From assembly GCF_009914755.1 (NCBI RefSeq), contig NC_060935.1: a DNA stretch of 64,000 bases; one strand, written 5' to 3'. The translations under genes and the position numbers were made by a program. The notes beneath the pieces were generated by a model. That model was given only the letters and a program-made list of their open reading frames with translations. It searched no databases and was not told the DNA's origin. Source of the stretch: the human T2T-CHM13v2.0 reference genome, Homo sapiens. Positions 44,329 to 59,824 of this stretch are shown here, piece by piece. The number at the start of each line of letters is the position of its first letter. Within the stretch, counting starts at the first letter, position 1.

Positions 44329-46159
44329 TCAATAATTTTAGAAAGTCAGGGAGAACATCATCAGTTTCAGGGGCCACCACATACAAAACACGATTTTCAG
44401 GCAGACCAACCGATGTACTGGCAATGTGAACAACGTCAGATAATCCAGCTTCTCTAAACTTGTTTTCCTCCTTTGTAAAACAGGAGTAATAATTTACCTC
44501 ATAATAAATGCTTATTTATATGTCTGTAAATCACCACAAAGTCCACTGAACACATAGTAGGTGCTCAATAGACATTAGTTCCTCCCGTCATCTTGCTTTA
44601 TTCATCCCTAAAATGGGGATTAAAAAAAAAACTCTTTGATGTCTCAGGAGGAGGTAATTAATGTTCTCTTAACCCATCTGAACGAGCCAATAGAGTACAA
44701 AGTTGTTTTATAATTAAGAAATGTATCAAACCCCGTGCAGGACTAATTGCTGTGCAAATTTGATTGAGGCCTGTGAGGACAAGATTGCCTTTAATGGGTT
44801 GCAGCGTAGGGGACTATTTAATATTCTTCAGGGAAGTTTCAATACCCAAGTCTCAGCATTGGAGATTGCCTCACCAACCATTAGGAACACCACTCAATGG
44901 TTTGGAGTGAATACACCAGGGCTTTGCTTAAATAATTATTTTGAAACTGGAAGGTTTATTGAGGGTTCAGGGTTCAGATTTAGAAATGTCAGAAATAGAG
45001 TTTTATTTGTTTCCATTGCACATAATGAATTGCCCTTTAAATAATGAAGCGATGAAAATGCCAAGCACCACATACTCTAAAGGATTGCCAAATGTTGAAT
45101 TAGGCCCCTGTGAGACTCAAGTCTTCAAAGCCACATGCATCACAGAACTGGGGCATTGGAAGTTTTCATAGAAATCATTGATCCAGACTGTGTTCAGTGA
45201 CGGTCACACCCCTCACCAAGTCCACAATCTAAACTTTTCAACTTCTTCTTTAGTTTTTTTGGAATACCCTGGGGATCCCTTATTACCGGGCATCTGGAAC
45301 AATATTTTGGGGAGGTGGCAACTGAGAGAAGCTCCCAGAACAGCCCGTTTGGATTCTATTTACTTGTACGGAACAAAAATGTTCTCCCTTTGTCAGTAAG
45401 GTTGTGTATGCGTATTCGACTTGGGGCCAAGTGGGAATGAGTGATGTGACTAGCTCGTTTCCGTGCCATCTGAGGCCACTGGTTATGCTTCTCACAGGTC
45501 AATACTAAAGGAAGTGTAAAGGACTGGAGTGTCTCAGCTGTAGGGTCAAATCTTTTCCTACCATCCATCGAGCCTCAGAACACCAGTCATTTTTTTCTTC
45601 TTACACCTGATTCTATCTTTGTCTCCTCTCCATCCTCTGCAGATAAGATTTCCCTCTCTATTTCCCAGGTTAATTCATCCACATTTGCCCTTGACTTCAT
45701 TGCCCTCTGCCTCCATCTGGGGTTTTGCTCCTTAATTATCATTTTTTCCTCATAAGTGTATTTTATATCTCCTTGTTTAGTGGAGCTTTACTTGATTTAC
45801 TTCTGTCCAATCATAATCCAGTCTTCTTGATATTGAAAATCAATCTTCATTTGAGTTTGCTCTTTTTCTAGTAATTCTTTCCTTTTACTTTCTACCTCAT
45901 TTGTCTATATCTACTGCCTCTGCTGTGACGTTGCCCATATCTCTTCAGTCCCCTGATATCCAGCTTTCTCTCCTTTAGTCCACTGATAGACAATGTCAGC
46001 GGCCCATTCTGATCCCATCTTTATCAATTTCTCCTTAAGTCCTCTGAGGCCTATGCCATGTGGCACTTTCTAAGTCTTTTCCAAATTTCTCTGGCTGTTG
46101 CTCATCTGGGTCTCCCAGGCTTCTTTTTCTTGTCCTTCTCCCAAAATATGCACATGCCT

Positions 46160-46345
46160 CAATAATCAGAGCTGACATTTATTGAGTACTTATTGTGCAT
46201 TTTAATCCTCCTATCAACCCTATAAACCAGGTACATTAATCGTTTCATTTTATAGAGGAAGGACCTGAGTCTCAGAGAGCTGGTGGGTGTCAAATCCTGG
46301 TCTGCTTTGTCTGACTGTAGAGTTCGAGCACTTAACCATCTGCTC
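46160..46345 (-). mobile_element. MIR SINE
   Basis: gctgacatttattgagtactta...tttcattttatagaggaagg. Confidence 0.7.
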
Positions 46346-47059
46346 TGTTGCCCAAGGTTTGGTTCTCTGATCTCAATCCCTTGCTCTTTTACTATTGTTG
46401 TACAGATCTCACAACACCTGCAAGTCCCACCAGATCTCAAGCCTCAAATGCACTGTACTGATGAGCTGACCACCCTCATTCCAGTTCTCTGTCCTGACTT
46501 CCGTCACAGATCCACTATTTTCCCGAGGACCAAGGCCTCACCCTTAGAACTCTCTTCTCTTTTCTTAGCTCACCTTTCTCAGTCCTTCATTCTACTAGAC
46601 ACTAGGTCTTCAGCATATTTCTTTCATAATGTCTCTTGAATATTTTCCAAAATTTTATTCTCACTACTGTCCCCTTACTTTAGATACTGAAATGGACCCT
46701 TGTTGGAACTAATACAATATACTATTATCCTGTTACTCCCTACCCCTGCTGTTGGTTCCCACCTAGTTTACTCTGTTCATCCAGGTCAGAATGATCTGAA
46801 AACATTTCTTTCACATTCACATGATTTTACTCTAGGAACTTTAATGACTTTCCTCTACTGTAATAAAATTGATACCCCTTAGCATGTTATTCAAAGTCCT
46901 TTATGTTCTTGTCTCCCTACTTTTCATTCTACGTCATTTCAATTTTTCTAAACAATCCCTTTGTCTGTTTTAACTAATTAATAAATTAATTGATATCTCG
47001 TTGTATGCTAAAAATGCCTTACTTAAGACCCTGTTGCAATCTCATCTGCAGAAACATGG

Positions 47060-47275
47060 GGCAATAGCATTATGGTGTGGTTTGCAAGTGTGTGAGTTAA
47101 GGACCTGGACACAAAGTTCAACTCTGCATTTGCTAGCTAGGAGACCTTGAAAAAGTTCCCTAATCATCCTATGTTTTCATTTTCTTATCTGTGAAATTAG
47201 GAGGTGTCCTGAATTTGAATAAATAAGTAGGTGTAAAGTTGGTGGTAAAGAGGCTCAACAAATGGTAGCTATATC
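47060..47275 (+). mobile_element. MIR SINE
   Basis: gttcaactctgcatttgctagctaggagaccttg...ttttcttatctgtgaaa. Confidence 0.65.
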
Positions 47276-47924
47276 TAATACTTTTTTATTTTCCCCATAC
47301 GCTTGGTGCTTTTCTGATTCTGTGCCTTTGGTGAAGACACCCTCTTTACGGAATTGTCCTCTTCTGTGTCTCTGCTGGTCAAATTCTCTCAGTTCTTCAA
47401 AATATACTCACCCCATTAGCTCAGGGAAACCTCCCCGCTAATTCCCCTCAGAAGAGGAATTTTCCCCTAAGTTAGTTTTGGAGCTTAGAACAGACACCAT
47501 GCAAATCAACCCTTAATTATACAGTGCCTTGGGCCACCCTCTGTGTGCTTTAAGCATTTATCTCTACTCACCTAACCACCTCAGGGCTGTCCAGGGGATC
47601 ATTAAGCACCTGGGAAGAAGGGAGACGAGGAGTCCCTGAGGAAATGCTCAATGGACAGAATAATGGCATTGAGAGGGAGGGAAGTGAGTATATTAAACAG
47701 GAAAAGTCAGGGCAGGTGTCAGGCATTCCCTTTCTTCCTTTCTTTCCGCCTTTCTTGGACAAAATAAGCAGTGCATTTAACTGATATCTTCAACAAGCAC
47801 AATCGAAGGATGTGATCAAAAAAAACTTTATTTTGTTTCCCACTGCCCATTCAAAATTTATTCAGTGGAGATAAAGTTTCCCTGCCCTTGGAAATGAATG
47901 GGCCCCACACTTAAAAAAAGCCCT

Positions 47925-48490
47925 ATTTATTAAGATATATTTACATACAATAGTATGCACAGATCTTAAATGTTCAGTTTGAGGAGTTCAATAATTGTAT
48001 ACACTGGTGAAACCACCTCCCTAAACAAAATATAAAACATTTCCATTACCCCAGAAAGTATCCTCATTCCTCTTTCCAGTTATTTACTTTCCCAACAACT
48101 GTAACCCCACCTCCACTGCCTGCCAGACACAACCACTGTTCTGATTTCTCTCACAACAGGTTAGTTTTGTCTGTCGTGGACTTCCTATAAATGAAATCAA
48201 AGAGTAGTATGTACTTTCTCATGTCTGTCTTCTTCTGCTCCACATATTGTTTTAAAAATATATCCTTGTAGTAGTTTGTTCTTTAATTATTCCTAAGTAG
48301 TATTCTACTGTTTAAAAATACTATAATCTGCTTATTCATTTACTGGTTAATTGACACTTGGGCCTTCTCTGGATTTTATGCATAAGGCTGCTATACATTT
48401 ATTTGTGCAAATGTTTCAGTGGATACATGTTTTCATTTATTTGGGTTGAGTACCTAAGAGTAGGATTGCTGAGTCATAGAGTGAGGTACA
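47925..48490 (-). mobile_element. L1ME/L1MD 3'-end fragment
   Basis: tttattaagatatatttacatacaat...aacatttccattaccccagaaag...gtacctaagagtaggattgctgagtcata. Confidence 0.8.
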
Positions 48491-50530
48491 CGTGATGAGA
48501 AATATGCCATTGGGAATCGGTCCTTCAAGCAGTAGGACTGTATGGCCAAAATGGAATCCCTTTATCAGGTGCTCCATTTAAGTCTTAGTTTTCTGTGAGT
48601 TTTTTCTTTTCAAAGTCTATTGCAACTCCCTCATGTTGCTAGCCATTTGTCTACTTTTGTTAAATATTTATAGAAAGCCTTACAAGGATCTGGGTGATTA
48701 ATGAACTTGAAGTTGCTTCTTACAGAGTGGTCTTTTATTTATTTATGCAGGGTTTTTAAAAAAAGGTGTTGAGGTGCTGCAGAAACATCACTGTACTTCT
48801 TAATACTCCTATGAACCAAAGCCAGATCAAAGGTGCTTATTTTTCAATTGGAGAAACTGGGGTATAGGGTGGTGGCAGGGAATGCAATAATTTCTCTGTA
48901 GAATAGACTCATCTAAAATGTCCCAATATTAGTCTGCATCACCCATACTGAGATGTTGAGGGCAGAACAAATGAACAAACAACTGACGTTGACAGGCCCC
49001 AGGTTCCATTATCTATATGCCTACTATCAATTTTCTGCTCCACTCCATCACTCACTTCAGATATCCCAGAATGAGCACTCCATTCCCTTTAGGGTCACCT
49101 TGCTGCTAACACTCAGTAACTCCCTTGTGGTATATTCCAGATGTAGGGTATTTGCCTTAAAAAAAATACCACAGACAAAACCAGAGCGTCACTGTTATGA
49201 TTTCACTGGCTCTTATGAACAAAGCTGAATATGGTCTCTTCTGTATTTAGAGGAGAAACCTCTCAGGAACAGCCAAAGCATTGAGAAGGAAGGGTTGGCA
49301 ATTCACGAGTGGGGCAGAGAATGGGATTAGGACATTCTAGAAAGAGTTCTCAAATAAAATAGTTTTTATGCTGAGAAGGTGTGGTATGGGACCACTTCCA
49401 CTGAATAAAAATTATCTTTCCTTGAAATCATTCATGCTCAGGAAGAGTTTTAAAACTTTGGTTACATATGCCTGAGTATTAAAAGTGATCATTTAGATAC
49501 TGACATGGATACAGTCAAGTCCATCATCCCAAGGCTCTCTCATGTTGCCCTTTTATAGCCACTACCCCTTTGCTTCCACCTCCTCCTTAACCCTGGCAAT
49601 GAGACTAATATGTTCTCTATGCCTGTGTTTCATAATTTTATGAATGTTATGTACATGGAATTATACAGTATGTAACTCTTTTGAGAGTCATCCATGTCAT
49701 TGTATGTATCAGTAACTTTTTTCTGTTTATTGCTGAGTAGTATTTCATGGTATGGATGTACCATAGATTGTTTAACCACGCAGCTGTTGAAGGGTCTGGG
49801 TTGTGTCCAGTTTTCTCCTGTTGTGAGTAAGGCTGCTATAAACATTTGTGTATGGGTTTTTGTGTGAATATAAGTTTTCATTTCTCTGTGATAAAAGTCC
49901 AGGAGTGCAATTTCTGGGTCATATAGTGTTTGTAAAGAAACTACCAAACTCTTTTCCAGAGTGACTGTACCATTTTACCTCCCTATCAGCAAGATATGAA
50001 TGATCCAGCTTTTTCTCCATCCTCACCAGCATTTGATGGGATCCATAGTGTTATCTAATTATGGTTTTAATTTTCCTTGCCTTAATAGCTAAGATCTTTT
50101 CATGTGCTTATTTGCCATCTATATATTCTCTTTGATGAAATGTCTCTTCATGTTTGCACATTTTCTAATTGGATTGTTTCTTTTTTACTGTTGAGATTTG
50201 AGAATTCTTTATATATTCCAGATACTAACTGTCAAATATGTGGTTTCCAAATATTTTCTCATCCTCTGTAGCTTGTCTTTTTATCTTCTTAACAGATCAT
50301 TTTTCATAAAGTAGAAGTATGTAATTTTGGTGAACTTCAATTAATAAATTTTTCCTTTTGTGGATTGTGCTTTACCTGTCAAGTCTAGGATCTCTATCTG
50401 GCCCTAAATCTCAAAGATTTTCTCCCATTAAAAATAATCTTATAGTTTTACGTTTTATATTTAAATCTGTGATTTGTTTTGACTTAATTTGCTTAATTTT
50501 GGCTTAAAGACAAAAATTGAGGTTGAACAG

Positions 50531-50660
50531 CTTCCTCCTCCTTCCCTCCTTCTCTTCCTTACCCTCCTCCTGTCCCTTCTTCTCTTTCACCTTCTTCACT
50601 TTGCCCTCCCCTATTCTGCCCCCTTTTCTCCTCCTTCTCCTTCTTCTCCTCCTTCTTGTC
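50531..50660 (+). repeat. CT-rich low-complexity tract
   Basis: About 130 nt, almost purely pyrimidine. Confidence 0.9.
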
Positions 50661-51119
50661 TATAGATGTCTAATTGCTCCAACACAGTTTGTTGAAAAGC
50701 CTGTCTTTCATCCATGGAGTTGCTTTTAAACCTTTATCAAAATCGGTTGGGCATATTTGTGTAGGTCTATTTCTGTGTTTTCTGTTCTATTGCATTATCT
50801 ATGTGTCATACCATGTCTTGATTACTGTAACTATATTAAAAGCCTTGAAAACAGGTAAACTGATTTTCTTACTTTATTCTCCATTTCCAAGATTTTCTTT
50901 GTTTAGCTAATTTTTGTGTTCAGTTATTTTGCCTTTCCATATAAATTTTAGAATAGTCGTTATCTATACCTACAGAAAATCTTTCTAGGATTTTTATAGG
51001 AATTGCATTAAACTTGTATATAAATTTGGGTAAAAATGGCATCTTTTACTATGTTGAGTCTTCCAAATCATAAAAATGATATGTCCCTCCACTTAGTTAG
51101 ACATTCTTTGATTTCTTGT

Positions 51120-51134
51120 TCTTTTCTTTTTTTT

Positions 51135-51186
<52 letters not shown>

Positions 51187-51437
51187 GAGATGGAGTCTCT
51201 CCTCACTGCAACCTCTGCTTCCCAGGTTCAAGCAATTCTTCTGCCTCAGCCTCCCCAGTAACTGAGACTACAGGTGCGTGCCACCACACCCAGCTAATTT
51301 TTTTTTTTTTTGTATTTTCAGTAGAGATGGGGTTTCACCATATTGGCCAGGCTGGTCTTGAACTCCTGACCTCATTATCCTCCTGCCTCGGCCTCCCAAA
51401 GTGCTGGGATTACAGGTGTGAGCCACTGCGCCCAGCC
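51120..51437 (-). mobile_element. AluS with (CA)n tail and a right-arm deletion
   Basis: (TG)n at 51139-51185, then gagatggagtctctcctcactgcaacc (deletion); TSD tgatttctt. Confidence 0.93.
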
Positions 51438-54400
51438 TGATTTCTTCCATCATTGTTTTGTAGTTGTCAGCATACAAGTTCTGTATAAGTTTTTTTAGAT
51501 TTCGCTTTTTTAACTAATTGTAAGTGGTGCTTTATTTTCGACTTTAGTGTCCATATGTTCATTGCTAGCATATAGAAATATAAAAACATGTTCATATAAA
51601 TATTAAAAATCAAAACAATAGAGTTTTAAATGTTTATCTTGTATCCTTACTGAACTCACTTATTAGTTCTAGGAGTTTTTTGTTAACTCTTTTGGGATTT
51701 TCTACAAGGATAAGCATGTTAGCTGCAAACAGGGACATTTTCATTTCTTCCTTTCCAACTTGTATGCCTTCTACTTCTTTTTCTTGCCTTATTGCACTGT
51801 CTATAACCTTCAACATTATGTTGAAAAGACTGAAGAGAAGATATCTTTGCCTTATTCCTGACCTAGGAGGAAAGCACTTAGTCTTTCATTATTAAGCATA
51901 ATGATATCCATGGGTTTGTTGTAGATTATCTTATCAAGGTTAGGAAATTTTCCTCTAGTCTTTTTTTTCTGAGAGTTAAAAAAAATTATGAATAGGTATT
52001 AAATTTTATCAAATGCTTTTTCTGTATTGATTGATATGATCATATGATTTTCTCCTTTAGCCTATTAATATACTGTATTACATTGATTTATATGAATTTT
52101 GGTATTTGAATATTGATATTTTATATTGAACAGTGCACCTCTGGCATAAATGCTACTTGGTCACTGTATACAATTCATTTTTATCATTGCTGAATCCTAT
52201 TTGGTAATATTTTATTAAAGATTTTTGTATTCATATTTTGAGAGATAGTGGACTGTAGTTTTCTTTGATCAGAGTAATATTAGTTTAGCTTCATGAAGTA
52301 AGCTAGGTGTCCTCTTTTATTTTCTGAAAAAGGTTGCATAGAAGTGATGTTAATTCTTCCTTAAATGTTTGGTAGAACTCTCCAGTCAAATGACCTGGAA
52401 ATTCATTTTTGGGGTGTTTCCTGGTTGTAAATTCAATTCTTTAATAGATACAAGGATATTTAAATTATCTATTTTATATTGGATGAGTTGTAGTAGTTAA
52501 AGGAATTTGTCCATTTCCTCAAAGTTGCTAAATTGGTTTGTAGAGTTGTTCATAGTATTCTCTTATCTTTTTGATGTCTGCAAGGTCTGTAGTGATATCC
52601 TTGTTTTAGTCCTAATATTGGTAATTTGTGTCCTCTCTCTTTTTTTCTTTGTCAATCTTGCTAAAGGTCTGTTCATTTTATTGATTTTTTTCCCCAAAGA
52701 ACAGGATCTTTGTTTCATTGATTTCCTCTACTGTTTTTCAATTTCATGGATTTCTGCTCTTATATGTTTTTATTTCCTTCCTTCTGTTTGTTTTGGGTTT
52801 ATTTTGCGCTTCTTTTTCTATGTTCTTGAGGTGGGAGCTTAGATGATTGATTTGAGACTTTTCTTCTTTTCTAATGTATGCATTTAATGTAAATTTCCCT
52901 GTGTTCCACAAACATTTATGTGTTTTTCCTCCAGCTCAATGTTATTTCAAAATTTACCTTGAGACCTCGCCTGTGACCCATTAATTTTTTTTAAGTATTT
53001 ACTTTCCAAGAGTTTGGAGATTTTCCTGTTGCATTTTAAAAAATTGATTTCTAGTTTGATCCTATAGCAATTGGTAAACACACTCTATATGATTTCAATT
53101 CTTTTGCATTTAATGAGGTTTGTTTTATGGTCTAGGATATGGTAAATCTTGTCATATGTTCTGTGGCACTTAAAAAGAAGTGCTATTTTGGGTGTTCTAT
53201 TAATATATATTGAATTCTGTTGGTCAATAATGTTGAGTTCTTCTATACCTTTGTTGATTTTCTGTCTAGTTGTTTTATCAGCTGTTAAGCGGGAGGCTTT
53301 GAAGTCTCCAATTACAGTTCTGTATTTATCCATTTCTCTTTTCAGTTCTATAAGTTTTTGCTTTACATATGTTGAAGGTCTGTTGCTTGATACGTACACA
53401 TTTAGGATTGCTATGTCTTTTTGGTGGATTGACCTTTTCAACATTATATAACGCCCCCTCTGTCTCTGGTAATTTTCTCTTTTCTGAAGTCTACTTTATC
53501 TAATACCAGTATAAACACTCCTACTTTGTTCTGGTTGCAGGATATATCTTTTTTTTCTGTGCTTTTACTTTTAACCTTCCTATATTGCTATTTTCAAAAT
53601 GAGTTTCTTGTAGAGTATATAGTTGGGTCATGTTTTGTAATCAACTCTACCAATCTCTGGCTTTTAATGAGTGTATTTAGACCACTTACCTTTAATATAA
53701 TTATTGACATATTAGGGCTTAAGTCTACCATTTTAATTTTTACTACTTGTTCTCTGTTTTTTATTTCCTCTTTTTCTCTGCATTTCTGTGGGTTACTTGA
53801 ACATGGTTTTAGATTCCATTTGGATTTACCTATAGTGTTTCTGAATGTATCTTTTTGCGTAGCTGTTTTTTATTTTTGGTGGTTGCTGTAGATATTATAT
53901 TATTTATACATAACATATCATGGTCTACTGACATAATTATTTTACCAGCTGAAATGAAGTATAAAAACTTACCTCCCTTTACCTCTCCCTGTGTATAATT
54001 GTCTTAAATATTTCCTGTACATACATCTAGAACCACATTCAGACACTATGTTTTTTCCACCATCAAACATAATTTAGAAACCTAAGAAGAGAGGGAAAGT
54101 TTATTTTATTTACCCATATACTTTTTACTGTGTTCTTTCTTCATGCCTTATGTTCCAAGATTCCCTCTTTATTTTCTTTTTATTTTCCTTTCTGCTTAAA
54201 GGTATTATTTTAGTCACTCTTTTGGAATAGGTCTTCTGCCAAAAAATACTCTTAATTTTCCTTTATCTGAACATCCCTAGTCTTCTTCATTTCCGAAGGA
54301 TATTTTCACTGAGCATAGATTTTTGGTTTGACAGTTTTCTTGCAGTAAGTGTAGTGCCACTTCCTTTTGGTCTCCACAGTTTCTGATGAGAGATCTGCTG

Positions 54401-55251
54401 CCATTCAAATAGAGTTTTTCTTCTATTGCTATGATGTAGTTTTACTCTCATTGTTTTAAGATTTTTTTGTCTTCAATATTCAGAAGTATGGCTATGATGT
54501 GTCTTAGTGTGAACTTCTTTGAATTTATCCTATTTGGGCTCTTTCATGTTCTTGAATGTGTATGTTTATGTTTCTTGCCAAACTTGGGAAGTTTTCAACC
54601 ATTATTTCTTTGAGTACATTTCAGCTCTACCCTACTTTTTCTCTCCTTTTAGGACTCTAATGACACAAATATTTGATAATTTTTTAATTATCTAATAAGT
54701 CCCTAAAGCTCTGTTCATATTTTCTTCAATCTGTTTTTCCTCCGTTCAGATTGAATAATTTCCATTTTTCTATCTTGCAACTCACTGATTATCCCCCTGT
54801 CTTCTCTACTCTGCTGTTGACCCCATCCACTGAATTTTTATTTTAAAACATTTATATTTGTTTGTTTCTTAAAATAAATAAATTTTTAATGTGGTAAAAG
54901 ACACATGACATAAAATTGACCATCTTAAGCATTTTTAACTGTATAGTTCAGTGGTATTAGGTACATTCATATTTTTGTGCAACTGTCACCAGCACCCATC
55001 TCTAGCACTCTTTTCATCTTGCAAAACTAAAACTCCATACCCATTGGGCAATAATTACTCATTCTCCCCTCCACTAACCCCTGCAAACCGTTATTCTATT
55101 TTCTGTCTCAATGAATTTAGCTGCTCTAGGGACTTTATATAAATGGAATCCTACAGTATTTGTCTTTTTTTTGGGTGTGTGACTAGCTTATTTTTCTTAG
55201 GATAATATCCTCAAGGTTTATCCCTGTTGTAGCTTATGTCAGATTTTCTTT

Positions 55252-55578
<327 letters not shown>

Positions 55579-56067
55579 TAAGACAGAATAATATTCTGTT
55601 ATATGTATATACCATATTTTGTTTATTCATTCATCCATTGATGGACACTTGGGTTGCTTCACTGTTTTAGCTATTGTGAATCATGTTGCTATGAACATGG
55701 ATGTACAAATCTCTTCAAGACCCTGCTTTCAATTTTTTTGGGTATATATACTCAGAAGTGGAATAGCTAAATTATATAGCAATTTTGTTTTTAATATTTC
55801 AGGAATATCTATACTGTTTTCCATAATGGCTGTACCAATTTACATTCCCACCCACAGTGTACAGTGGTTCCCTTTTATCCACATTCTCTCCAACACTTAT
55901 TTTCTATTTTTTCAATAGTAGCCATCCTAATGGGTATGAGGTAGTATCTGTGGTTATTTTGATTTGTATTTTCCTGATGATTAGTGATGTTGAGCATCAT
56001 TTCATGTGCTTACTGGCCATTTGTATATCTTTGGAGAAATGTCTATTCAAGTTCTTTTCTCATTTTT

Positions 56068-56312
56068 TTAAATTATTATTATACTTTAAGTTTTAGGGTA
56101 CATGTGCACAACGTGCAGGTTTGTTACATATGTATACATGTGCCATGTTGGTGTGCTGCACCCATTAACTCGTCATTTAGCATTAGGTATATCTCCTAAT
56201 GCTATCCCTCCCCCCTCCCCCCACCCCACAACAGTACCCGGTGTGTGATGTTCCCCTTCCTGTGTCCATGTGTTCTCATTGTTCAATTCCCACCTATAAG
56301 TGAGAACATGCG
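56068..56312 (-). mobile_element. Young, severely 5'-truncated L1PA (PA3/PA4-like) 3' UTR
   Basis: tatactttaagttttagggtacatgtgcacaacgtgcagg...; TSD tttctcattttt at 56056-56067 and 56317-56328. Confidence 0.93.
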
Positions 56313-58271
56313 AACATTTCTCATTTTTAAATTGCTTTTTTGTTGTGGTTTTTGAATTTTAGGAATTCTCTGTATATTGTGGATACTGATCCCTTATATG
56401 ATTTCCAAATTCCTCCCATTCTGTGTGTTGCCTTTTTATTGTTAGTAGTGTTCATTGATGCACAAGTTTTTAATTTTTATGAAATACAATGTCTTTTTTT
56501 ATTATCTGTGTCATTGGTGTCATACCCAAGAAGCCATTATCAAATAGAATGTTGCAAAGCTTTTGTCCTAGGTTCTCTCCTAAGAGTTTTATAGTTTTAG
56601 TTCATTCATTTTTAGTTAATTTTTGTATATGGTGTTAGGTAAGGGTCCAACTTTATTCTCTTGCATGCTTACATTCATTTGTTGAAAAGACTGTCCTTTC
56701 CTCATTGAAAGGCGTTAGCACCCCTGTTGAAAATAATTTGACCCAATATATGAGGGTTTATTTCTGGGCTCCAAATTCTGTTTCATTGGTCTATACATCT
56801 GTCTTTATGCTAGTACCACACTATTTTATTACGGTAGTTTGTCTTGAGTTTTGAAATCTGAATGTTTGAGTCTTCCAATTTTGTTCTTTTTTAAGATTGT
56901 TTTAGCTATTTGGGGTCACTTGAGATTCCACATGAATTTTAGGATGGGCTTTTCTGCTTCTGCAAACATGTTGTTGGGCTTTTGATAAGGGTTACATTTA
57001 ATTTGTTGATCACTTTGGGTAATATTGACAACTTAAATAACATTATGTCTTCCAAACCATGAACATGGGATATCTTTCCACTTATTTGTGTCTTTTAAAA
57101 TTTCTTTCAGCAATGTTTTACAGTTTCCATTGTATAAGTCTTTCACCTCCTTGGTTAAGGTAATCCTTAAACACTTTATTCTTTTGGTGCTTTTGTAAAT
57201 GGAATTATTTTCTTAATTTTCCTTTTAGATTGTTCATTGTTAGTCTGTAAAAATGCACAGTCTTTTTTTGTGTTGGTTTGGTATCCTGCTACTTTGCTGA
57301 ATTTGTTTTTTAGTTCTAACCTTTTTTTTGTGGAATCTTTAGTATTTTCTATACATAAGATCATATTATTCACAAATAAAGGTAATTTTACATATTTTCC
57401 AATTTGGATGGCTTTATTTTTCTTGCCTAATTGCTCTAGCTAGAACTTCCAGTACTTTATTGAATAGGATTGGCAAAAGTGTGTATCTTTGTCTTGTTCC
57501 TAATCTTAGAGGAAAAGCTTTCAGTTTTGTTTTCCGTTGATCATGATGTTTGCTGTTAATTTTTCATTTATATTATAGCTTTTATTATGTTGAGGAAGTT
57601 TTCTGCTGTTCCTAGTTTGATTCTTACCATGAAGAGGTGTTGAATTTCATCAGATGCTATTCTGCATTAATTGAGACGGTCATGTGGTATTTGCTCCACT
57701 TGTTTTTTTCTTCATTCTGTTAATGTGAATTACACTGATCAACTTTTATATGTTGAGTCTTGCATTCCAGGAAGAAATCATGATGTATACTGTTTTTAAC
57801 ATGCTGCTAAACTCAGTTGGCTAGTATTTTGTTGAATAGTTTTGCACCAATTTTCATTAGGCATAGTGATCTATAGTTTTTTTTGTTTGTTTGTTTTTCG
57901 TAGTATCTTTATCTGGCTCTGGCATCAAGGCAGTGCTAGCCTGATGTAACGAGTTAGGAAATATTCTCTCCTTTTAAATTATTTGGAAAACTTGGAGAAG
58001 GATTGATGTTAGCTCTTTAAATGTTTGGTAGCATTCACTACTAAAGTAGTCAGGTCTAGGGCTTTTTGTTGTTGGGAGTTCTTTGATTACCAGTGGAATC
58101 TCCTTACTAGTTATGTCTGTTCAGTATTTCTATTTCTCTAGGATTTAGTCTTGGTAGGTTTTGTGTTTCTAGAAATTTGTCCATTTTATTTCGATTATCC
58201 AATTTGCTGGCATACAACTATTTTTATAGTATTGGTAGTAATGTCCTCACTTTAATTTCTGATTTCAGTAA

Positions 58272-58574
<303 letters not shown>

Positions 58575-58592
58575 CAGTCTTCCTTTTTCTTA

Positions 58593-58781
<189 letters not shown>

Positions 58782-59824
58782 TCAATTTTGTTTATCTTTT
58801 TAAGAGACCAACTTTTGGTTTTGTTGATTTTCTCTATTGTTTTTCTCTTTCTTATTTATTTATTTCTGCTCTAATCTTTGTTATTTTATTCCTTTGATGG
58901 CTTTGAGTTTAATTTTCTTTTCTTGTTCTGGTTCCTTACCTTGTAAAGTTAGGTTGTTGATTTGAGATGTTTCTTCCTTTTTAATATAAGTGTTAATGGT
59001 TATAGGTAACTCCCTTAGGACTGCTTTCACTGTGTTTTTAAGCTTTGATATGTTGTGTTGTGTTGTGTTTTCATTTTCATTTGTCCCAAGATATTTTTTA
59101 ATTTCCCTTGTGATTTATTTGATCCACTGGTTGTTTAAGACTATGTTGTGTAATTTCCACAAATGTGTCCATTTTTCAATTTTTGGTCTATTATTGATTT
59201 CTGGCTTCATCCTATTGTGGTTGGAGAAGATACTTTGTAAGATAACTGTCTTTTAAAATCTACTGACACTTAACTTTGGACCTAACATATGCCCCATTCT
59301 GGAGAATGCAATGTGCACTTGAGAGGAAGGTATGTGCTGTCATTGGTGGTCAGGGTATTCTGTATATGTTTGTTAGATTTGGTTGGTTGATTTTATTGCT
59401 TAAGTCTTCTGTTTCCTTACTTATCTTCTGTCTGGTTGTTATATCCATTACTGAGAACAGATTATTAAAGCCTCCAACTATCATTGTACTATTACTCTCT
59501 TCGATTCTGTCAATTTTTAGTTCATATATTTTGATGGTGTGTTATTATATGTGAAAATGCTTATAATTGTTGTATCTTCTTGATGCATTGAATCTTTTAT
59601 TAATATATGACATTCTTGTTTTTCTCCTGTAATTTAAAAAAAAATTTTAATTCTATTTTGTCTGGCATTAATAGCCACTCTTCTCTTTTTGTTACTATTT
59701 GCATAGAATATCTTCTTCTGTTCTTTCACTTTCAACCTATTTGTTTCTGGATTTAAAGTGAATATCTAGTAGGTAGCATAGTTGAATCATATTTGTTTTC
59801 TTTTTAATCTGTGGATTTTTTATT

